A stretch of 64,000 bases of DNA, from positions 1-64,000 of IMG/VR virus record IMGVR_UViG_3300042351_000704; one strand, 5' to 3'. Each line of letters opens with the position of its first letter. Positions within the stretch are counted from its first letter, which is position 1. The notes beneath the pieces are model-generated. The model was given only the letters and a program-made list of their open reading frames with translations, had not been told where the DNA came from and searched no databases. The position numbers and the translations under genes are program-made. Below are positions 56,822-64,000 of this stretch, piece after piece. This DNA is from a virus.

Positions 56822-58543
56822 ATGGAACTTATAGAAGAAACACAAACGGGGCCAGGGGATCCTGTCAAAGGAAGCACCAGTACAAAGGTGGACAACACCC
56901 CTTTGTTTCAAGCTAATACCAGCTATCTGCAAGATAAACGCAACGGCTACAATCAGCAGTTGAGTAAGTTTATTACAGAAGCATTCCAAGCTTCTAGAAC
57001 CTTACCAAAGGTAAATGGCAAACCTATTGCCAGTATAGATCAACTTCCAACTCTTATAGATAAATACGGACATGACTTTTATGAACAGGCTAAATCAGTG
57101 CTGAGCAATCCTGACATCTCTGATGAGCAGGCTATGTTTCTCATTGCCCGTCAGAAAAAAGTAGATGATGCTTTTGCCTACACCGCACAGGCGAGTAAGG
57201 TTATGTATGATGATATTAAGAATGCAGCTTCTACTATGGATGCAAAGATGAAAGTGAATGGCTGGCATAGCTTAATACTTAGTCCGAATGGTCAGTTTAA
57301 AGGACCTACTCAGGCTAGAAAAGATATTGAAGCGTTCAAAGCTCAACAGATGAAAGAGCAAATGGAAGCTTGGAGAAAAGCCAATCCTATGCCGGAAAGA
57401 GGACCACTGTATTGGCAACGTACAGATATGCCTAACCCTATGCAAGGTCAAATAGCCTGGGTTGATGGTAAACCAGTTATGCTAGATAGCAGACCAAAAA
57501 TGGCCAACAGTGTGGAAGGTTATCTAGAAAAACAACAATTGCAACAAAGTCAGGTGACAAGACAGCTACAAAACCTGAACTATGATGACATATACAAAAG
57601 AGTGTTGCAAGAATATAACAAGAACCCCAAGACCCGTAAGATCAAAGCTGCTGAAGAAAACATTTTCAACCAGAATGCGGGTGGTGCCAAAGCAACCTTA
57701 CAACAGCAGGAGTACCGTTTTGACGTAGACAACTACGTTGATGAAGATGAGCGTGGTAACATGAAGCTCAAACCAGAAATGGAATACACAGTAGATCTGT
57801 TAAAAAACATTACAAAGGAAAACCCTAAGATATTGTTTGCAAAAGGGTCTATCAATGATAATCCGGTAATTCCTAGTGGATCTGATGTGACATCTATGAA
57901 GATGGTACAGACTATGCTACAGGCTTTACAAGAAGATCTTTTAAATGTTAACCGTACCAAAGGAAGTAAGAAACGCTTTGCTGGTAGCATTTCATTTGTA
58001 CCTGTTGCAGGGGGAGATGAAAACTATCATGCTTATCATATACAACCTAACAGTTCTTTCTTTGATGACTACATAGGTACCAAAGAAAACCCTGGTATTG
58101 CTCGTGGTCAGAACTTTATCAATAGTGGTATTACTGTGTTTGTTCCGGTAGAAGAAAGCGGAAAGATGAAGATAGGAGCTCAGTCAATAAAGGGCACTAA
58201 GATATCTCCTGTAGAAGGTATGATTGGTCTTAGTGAAGACAACAGCTTTTCAAGAAGAGTGGATGACGCCATGGAGTATAAGATCAGCCTGGACAAAAAT
58301 GCTAACCAATATGTTATCAGTGGTAACATGGTAGTATATAATCCGGAGACATCTAAGATGGATACAGTAGATATCAATAAACTTGGTTTACAGAGCCGCT
58401 ATGATCTCACTGTAGATATTGATAATATCGATAAGCAACTATTCAAACTTTCTCTTAACAGGTTTCAGATAAACAGAGACCGTAAAAGAAAGCATTCAGA
58501 AATAAACGGGGTAAGAGATCCTAAACAGTTATCTGGAAATTAA
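56822..58543 (+). CDS. hypothetical cargo-cluster protein
   Basis: 573 aa ORF in the operon. Confidence 0.7.
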   Translation: MELIEETQTGPGDPVKGSTSTKVDNTPLFQANTSYLQDKRNGYNQQLSKFITEAFQASRTLPKVNGKPIASIDQLPTLIDKYGHDFYEQAKSVLSNPDISDEQAMFLIARQKKVDDAFAYTAQASKVMYDDIKNAASTMDAKMKVNGWHSLILSPNGQFKGPTQARKDIEAFKAQQMKEQMEAWRKANPMPERGPLYWQRTDMPNPMQGQIAWVDGKPVMLDSRPKMANSVEGYLEKQQLQQSQVTRQLQNLNYDDIYKRVLQEYNKNPKTRKIKAAEENIFNQNAGGAKATLQQQEYRFDVDNYVDEDERGNMKLKPEMEYTVDLLKNITKENPKILFAKGSINDNPVIPSGSDVTSMKMVQTMLQALQEDLLNVNRTKGSKKRFAGSISFVPVAGGDENYHAYHIQPNSSFFDDYIGTKENPGIARGQNFINSGITVFVPVEESGKMKIGAQSIKGTKISPVEGMIGLSEDNSFSRRVDDAMEYKISLDKNANQYVISGNMVVYNPETSKMDTVDINKLGLQSRYDLTVDIDNIDKQLFKLSLNRFQINRDRKRKHSEINGVRDPKQLSGN

Positions 58544-58545
58544 TT

Positions 58546-61500
58546 ATGACAGAGCAAGCATTAAATACCGTTGACACTGAGTCAATCAATACTGGTTTTG
58601 ATCTGGAGGGTATTAATGACCCGATGGATGCACTGGGCAACTTTGACCTGGAACAAATGGAACAGGCAGACGGAGGTGGTCCTGGAGATCCTGTAAAGAA
58701 AAAGCCTGTGACTATGGCTGATCTGAAAAAGGATTACCAGATCGATATGCAGCAATCTAAAATGTTAGCAGAGATTGGTATTCCTAAGATGGCTGATGAA
58801 AGCCGTAATAAGTTTCAGGCTGCCAGAGTAGTTGAGTTTGATGCCAAGAAACTAAACGTAGACCGTTACCTCGGTTATGGTAAAGAAACTTTTAATAAGG
58901 TGGGATTCTCTCCCTTTATAGATAACGAAGCAAAGTTTAATCAGAACACTACGATCTGGCAGGACTTCGGTCGTATGAGTAGTGTGTTTGGAGCACTGGC
59001 CTATGAAGGTGGTGTATCAGGCTACCGATCTATTGGTGGCATGTTAAGTGGAGATAGTTTTTTTACTCCTGATGATGAGACAGCAGAAAACTTTGCGCGT
59101 TTGCAAAGTATTGGTATGTCTACCAAAGGAGGTATTAGCGCATTTGCCAACAACTTTGCGTTGAACTCTGCTTATACAGTGGGGATTGGTATGAGCATTA
59201 TAGCAGAAGAAGCTGCTCTTTTTGGTGCTACTGTATTGACAGAAGGTGCTATGGGTGGTCTTGCTGCCATGAGAACATCAGCCAACGCAGCGCGTATGGG
59301 TAGAGCTTTGAAGCAAGCATTCAATACCAACGCTGTACAAAATATAGCCACTGGAGGAATGCAACTGGCTAAATCACTATCTAAAGTGGGTGATGCAAAA
59401 AATTTCTACACTGCTGTAAAAACAGGAGCTACTACATTTGGTAAAGGAACTCTTCAATTTATCAATCCACTCACCCGTACAGTAGATGATCTCACTGACA
59501 TTGCCAGAGGTAGTGCCAGTGTACGTAACATGAGCAACCTGGCAAAAGCCAAACAAACCTTTGGTTCTTTTTATCGTGATGTACGTGATACCAACCTGGC
59601 CCTTTCTGAATCAAAACTTGAGGGTGGTAGTGCAAAAATAGATAAGGTGAACGAACTGCTGGCCCGTTATGAAAACGAAAACGGACGTCCTGCAGAAGGT
59701 AAAGATCTGGAAATGATCTACAAGCAGGCAGACGATACCGGACATGGTGTTACGGCTGTTAACTTTCCTATTATATATATGACCAACCGTGTGGTGCTTG
59801 ATGGTCTGTTTAAGTTCCGTGGATTAAAAACCCTGGATGAAGCAGGTACACTGGCTACCAAAGGAATTGGTTTTAAAAAAGGCGTAGGCTTCTACGATGA
59901 CCTGGGTAAAAGCTGGTTAAAGAATGGTGCCAAAAGCCTGCTTAAGCCGAAAGCTTACATCGGAATGGGTGTAGGTTATATCAGAAGAAACCTGATGGAA
60001 GGTGTGCAGGAAAACTTGCAGAACGTTACATCAGATGCAGTGGGTGCTTACTATGATGGTGTATACAAAGATCGTACGTTAGGTGGATTTGAATATGCAG
60101 CCGGTCATGCATGGAACGCACTGGGTAAAGAAGTCACTTCTCTACGCGGACTGGAAACCTTTGCATCCGGATTTTTAATGGGAGGTTTTATGGGTAAAGC
60201 CCAGAATCTTTTCTTAAAAGACGTACCGGGTATATATTACCGTGTTGGACAGCCTACCAAGTATGCAGAATACAAAGCAAACAAAGCAAAGACTAGACAA
60301 GAAGCAATTGCTGGTCTGAATGAACTATACAACAACCCGATGAAATATTTTAACTCCCGTAACGAAAGTGCGGTAGTACAAAAGCATACATCGGATGTAA
60401 TGAACCAGGCAGAAGTTGAGGGTGACGCCAAGACATTCCAGGATGCTAAAGACTTAAAGATGTTTGATCACATCTTTACTGCCCTGGATAACGGCACCTA
60501 TGATAATTTACTAGGTGCTTACAAGGAACTATCTAAGATGGATTCCAAAGACCTGGCTAATTTCCTGGGTATACCTGAAAGTGAAAAGTCGTCTGAGAAA
60601 CTGCAGGAGATTCTGGGTCGTGCCGAGCAGATTAAAGAACGCTACGAAACTATCAGCTCTCAGTTTAAAAACCCATTCACACCTACCAAACTTAAAAGAG
60701 GCACTCCTGAATTCACCAGGGAAGCTATTGCATTCAGAGCTTTTGAAAGTGCCAAGAAAACAGCAATTGCTTCACAGTACAACTTTGACAGAGCGCTGGA
60801 GAGAATGAATGGCCTGTATGATAACCTGGCTTCTGATCGTCCTATTGCCAAATCATCTGCTTCTGATATCACTACCCTGACAAACATGGGTATTTTAGAT
60901 GATGAGATCAGTTTGCTGGATAAAGAGATTAAGTCTTATGATGGCAGCTCTGATAAAAAACAACAGGAGCTGGTTGATCAAAAGAAAGAAAAGCTGGACA
61001 GGCTGATGGACTACAGAGACAAACTCCGTACGCACCTGGAAAATGCTAGCCAGGCAGAAACAGAAGAGGATGGTCAGATCAAGATTAACTTTGCACAAGA
61101 CACAGTGGATCCGTTAAAGGAAAGTTACAAAGCTTACCTGCGTCATATTGCAAAGGTGAATGAAGACTACATGTTTAACGACAAGGTAGATGATTCATTT
61201 GCTAAACTACTAGACTACTATGGTCTGAATCAGGATGCAGCCAATTACAGCAAGGTGGTAAATACACTGCTGGATCCAACCAATCTATATAAACATGCAG
61301 AACAGTTGAACGCAAGATTTACTGATCTGTTTACCAACAAAGAAGCAGACATCAACGATCGCGTAGAATCTGCACAGCGTATGATGGAAATGTCTGAGTT
61401 GGTAAAAGCTTTAGCTGCTCAGGGTGTCATGCTTGAACCTGCAGAACTCGAAGAGTTTGTAAAATCAGGTAAGAGACCTACTACATTTATTGATGCAGCT

Positions 61501-63438
61501 ACACTAAAAGACCTGGAGCCTGGCAGCCAAAAGTTTATTGCAGCACAGGCTATCATGAATATTGATCAGGAGATTACTACTCCAGATGTTACACCTGCTA
61601 CGGAAACTGCCCCTGCTAGTACAGCAGCTGCACCAACCGCTGCTCCTGTGGAAGCTTCTGCATCCAATATAGATGTAGGCATAGAGCCTGAGTTACAGAT
61701 CAAGCTGGAGGATGCGTTTAACCAGTTCGTAGAAGAGACCGGTTCAGAGATGACTTTTGAGGACTTTGTAAAAGTATCACCAAGAGCAGCGCGTATCAAA
61801 ACAGCATTCAATAAAGGTAAAGCCCCGGCTACCAAAACTACTACTGCTCCTGTTACAGAAACAACGCCTGCAGCTGCAGAGCCTGTAGCCGCTGATACAG
61901 AGGCTGATACACAGTTTGGAGAGAATATGTTAAGTGATTTAAAAAAGCTTAACGATGATTTACAGCAAGGTGATACACAAGAAGAACAACCTGCTTCTAC
62001 ACCAGAAGCTCCTGTAAACTTAAATGCAGAGTTGGTAAAGACGTTAACAGAAGAAAGAGATCAAAAGCTTTCAGATCTAATGCCTCTCTACGCTACAGCT
62101 AGAAAGACTATGATGCAACTAGGGGATGAGGCTTTAGATCCAGAAGACCGTAATATTTTAGCAGATCCTGTTAAGTATTTAGAAGGTCGCATTGCACAAG
62201 GGGAATATAGCTTACAGCTAGATATAGATAAGTTAAAAGCACTTGATACTAATAATCCTGATAATGCTAAGGAAGCTGAAAACTTACAACGTGATATTGA
62301 TACAGAAAAAATTGTTTTAGAAAAGACAAACATTAAACTTGAAAAGATAAAAGCTGTAGTAGCTGAGTATAATGATAAGATGAGTAGAATAGGAGAAACT
62401 TCTGTTGCTACTACACCTACTCAAACAACTTCTGTAGAAATATCTTCTAACGCCAAAGGTTTAGCTGCTGCTCTTACTAACCCAACCGAGCTGGCTAAAA
62501 AGAAAGGAAACTTAACAGCGTCTTATCCTGTAACTGTACGTGGAAAAGAATATGCTGATGCAGAGGCTGCTTACCAGGCGCTGAAAGGAACTGCTACCAA
62601 AGATGATGGTCCGAACAGCACCTACAATCTGATGGTGGAAATCTTGAAAGCTAAGCTAGAGCAACACCCTAGGCTTGTATCAGAAATAGATAAAGCTGGT
62701 GGTGAAAGCTGGTTGTCAAAAGCTACGCACCAACCTACTAATAAAAACACGGTTTGGGAAACAGGCGGTAAGAACTGGTTTATAAAAGCTCTTACAGAGG
62801 CGTATACTAGCACTAAAGAAACTCAGACTGTAGAAACAGCACCAACTGCTGCACAAAAAACTGGTGTCCAAACGGCCCAGGATCTAATAGATTCCGTATC
62901 TTCTATTAGGGACCTTCCTGACCTTAACAGAGCAGACAGCGGACCGGTTACTATTGACCTGATAGAGCTAGTTTCTACCGGCCAAGTGAAGAGCAAGGAC
63001 ATCGTACCAATGCTTGTAAAAAAGCGTGCTGAACTTCTTAAGAACATTTCCCCAAGCGATCTACAAAAAGGTGATATTGTTACATTTGTAGACGGTAGAA
63101 AAGGCTTTGTAAAATCTGTTAGCCCTACAGAAGTCAGCGTAAAAATAGCAGGCTCCCCTTCAGGTGTTGCGGAGGTAATTTCCAGCCAAGCACTATCTTC
63201 TTCTATAGCAAATGTTGAACCCGGCAAAGCAATCTCAATGGAACCAACACCAGACATTGAAGTGACTCCTCAAGACAATACCGAGGTGAAAGCTTCTCAA
63301 GATACAAAGAGTGCCTTTACAGAAAACTCTGCTGCTGTAAAAGAAGCAGGAGACAAAGCTGCTAAGGCCGCAGGTACAGATAACCTGCAGAATCTAAATA
63401 ACCTCATTCAGAACATAGGATGTAAAACAGGTAACTAA
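58546..63438 (+). CDS. giant internal virion protein with Gly/Ala hydrophobic segments and a NADAR-like domain
   Basis: AYTVGIGMSIIAEEAALFGATVLTEGAMGGLAA; coiled coils; NADAR-like block at 62434-62805. Confidence 0.75.
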   Translation: MTEQALNTVDTESINTGFDLEGINDPMDALGNFDLEQMEQADGGGPGDPVKKKPVTMADLKKDYQIDMQQSKMLAEIGIPKMADESRNKFQAARVVEFDAKKLNVDRYLGYGKETFNKVGFSPFIDNEAKFNQNTTIWQDFGRMSSVFGALAYEGGVSGYRSIGGMLSGDSFFTPDDETAENFARLQSIGMSTKGGISAFANNFALNSAYTVGIGMSIIAEEAALFGATVLTEGAMGGLAAMRTSANAARMGRALKQAFNTNAVQNIATGGMQLAKSLSKVGDAKNFYTAVKTGATTFGKGTLQFINPLTRTVDDLTDIARGSASVRNMSNLAKAKQTFGSFYRDVRDTNLALSESKLEGGSAKIDKVNELLARYENENGRPAEGKDLEMIYKQADDTGHGVTAVNFPIIYMTNRVVLDGLFKFRGLKTLDEAGTLATKGIGFKKGVGFYDDLGKSWLKNGAKSLLKPKAYIGMGVGYIRRNLMEGVQENLQNVTSDAVGAYYDGVYKDRTLGGFEYAAGHAWNALGKEVTSLRGLETFASGFLMGGFMGKAQNLFLKDVPGIYYRVGQPTKYAEYKANKAKTRQEAIAGLNELYNNPMKYFNSRNESAVVQKHTSDVMNQAEVEGDAKTFQDAKDLKMFDHIFTALDNGTYDNLLGAYKELSKMDSKDLANFLGIPESEKSSEKLQEILGRAEQIKERYETISSQFKNPFTPTKLKRGTPEFTREAIAFRAFESAKKTAIASQYNFDRALERMNGLYDNLASDRPIAKSSASDITTLTNMGILDDEISLLDKEIKSYDGSSDKKQQELVDQKKEKLDRLMDYRDKLRTHLENASQAETEEDGQIKINFAQDTVDPLKESYKAYLRHIAKVNEDYMFNDKVDDSFAKLLDYYGLNQDAANYSKVVNTLLDPTNLYKHAEQLNARFTDLFTNKEADINDRVESAQRMMEMSELVKALAAQGVMLEPAELEEFVKSGKRPTTFIDAATLKDLEPGSQKFIAAQAIMNIDQEITTPDVTPATETAPASTAAAPTAAPVEASASNIDVGIEPELQIKLEDAFNQFVEETGSEMTFEDFVKVSPRAARIKTAFNKGKAPATKTTTAPVTETTPAAAEPVAADTEADTQFGENMLSDLKKLNDDLQQGDTQEEQPASTPEAPVNLNAELVKTLTEERDQKLSDLMPLYATARKTMMQLGDEALDPEDRNILADPVKYLEGRIAQGEYSLQLDIDKLKALDTNNPDNAKEAENLQRDIDTEKIVLEKTNIKLEKIKAVVAEYNDKMSRIGETSVATTPTQTTSVEISSNAKGLAAALTNPTELAKKKGNLTASYPVTVRGKEYADAEAAYQALKGTATKDDGPNSTYNLMVEILKAKLEQHPRLVSEIDKAGGESWLSKATHQPTNKNTVWETGGKNWFIKALTEAYTSTKETQTVETAPTAAQKTGVQTAQDLIDSVSSIRDLPDLNRADSGPVTIDLIELVSTGQVKSKDIVPMLVKKRAELLKNISPSDLQKGDIVTFVDGRKGFVKSVSPTEVSVKIAGSPSGVAEVISSQALSSSIANVEPGKAISMEPTPDIEVTPQDNTEVKASQDTKSAFTENSAAVKEAGDKAAKAAGTDNLQNLNNLIQNIGCKTGN

Positions 63439-63440
63439 AC

Positions 63441-64000
63441 ATGGCTTGTAGATTATCAGAAGATCAAATATCCGCATTATTCGGAGCTGTTCACGGTGAC
63501 GTGATTGCTTCTAAGAACCGTGACGATAAGTTTAATGCATTACAAGCTATCAGAGACTTGTACAAAAAGTTAGTGGACGCTGGTGCCGAACCAGTAAATG
63601 CCCTAGATTATATCCAGCATATGCCTAGTATGCTATTGCTTAGCTATGCAATGTTTGAAGACAGCAAAGCGCACATGCGTAAAAGCCAGGTGAACCTTTC
63701 TGAGCTGGATCAAATGGATGCAGACTTTACAGCCGATATACAAAACGTTGCCAAGTTCATCATGCCCGCTCAAGCCGGAGCTGAACTGGTAAAAGAGATC
63801 ATAGAAGAAACTAATCCGTCTACCGGTGTACAACCTACCGAGGTGTATACACAAGTAGAAGACCTGGACATACAAAAGAAAAAAGAGTTCTATCAATCAG
63901 AAACTTCTTTTGTGGCAGCTCCTGAAACAGCGCTGGCTGTATTTAACCAGGAAGCTAAAAACTATGATGGTGCTACCGCTGAACAAAACATCCCGGACCC
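63441..64000 (+). CDS. N-terminus of the next giant cargo-cluster protein (truncated by window end)
   Basis: ATG 2 nt after the previous stop; MACRLSEDQISALFGAVHG... stays open to the end; missing from the ORF track because there is no stop. Confidence 0.8.
   Translation, partial: MACRLSEDQISALFGAVHGDVIASKNRDDKFNALQAIRDLYKKLVDAGAEPVNALDYIQHMPSMLLLSYAMFEDSKAHMRKSQVNLSELDQMDADFTADIQNVAKFIMPAQAGAELVKEIIEETNPSTGVQPTEVYTQVEDLDIQKKKEFYQSETSFVAAPETALAVFNQEAKNYDGATAEQNIPD

Noticed and set aside
136-63896. Minus-strand and nested short ORFs in the six-frame track
   Set aside because: They are shadows of long + strand genes, with no motifs or start context.
1-64000. Stop-codon reassignment (TAG or TGA), known in some crAss-like phages
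   Set aside because: Long core genes are intact in the standard code, TAG and TGA end genes at tight junctions, and the tRNA is Leu(CAG), not a suppressor.
58546-64000. Virion RNA polymerase
   Set aside because: No DxDxD catalytic motif was recognised in the available sequence. It may lie downstream of the window.

Overview
This window is the virion-morphogenesis half of a crAss-like (Crassvirales-type) phage of Bacteroidota. Essentially all real genes are on the + strand and read in the standard code. Gene order: small accessory genes (HxlR regulator, GNAT, HU/IHF-like, PD-(D/E)XK nuclease, ATE1/Bpt-like aminoacyl-tRNA--protein transferase, tRNA-Leu(CAG)); terminase large subunit; portal; scaffold-like protein; major capsid protein; conserved head/neck genes with a Dps-like insert; tail hub and fibre genes (two with S74 chaperone C-termini); FN3 and Cys-rich appendage genes; metallophosphoesterase; a second HU/IHF-like gene; two tail ring proteins; an HExxH protein; tail stabilization (muzzle) protein; then large internal cargo proteins, the last running off the window. 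The most unusual signals are: (1) a 1754-aa cargo protein built from unrelated modules separated by about 19 [M/Y/K/W/Q]-x-x-Gly-Gly motifs, resembling a GG-cleaved effector polyprotein; (2) an ATE1/Bpt-like transferase about 1 kb from a tRNA-Leu; (3) a NADAR-like domain inside a giant cargo protein; (4) a structured RNA with an anticodon-less tRNA-like element after the capsid gene; and (5) a phage-specific regulatory vocabulary (TATATT..TGTAGA boxes, CCT-ATG starts, AAAACCAA leaders with a complementary hairpin). All product calls come from visual motif recognition and synteny. No database searches were run.
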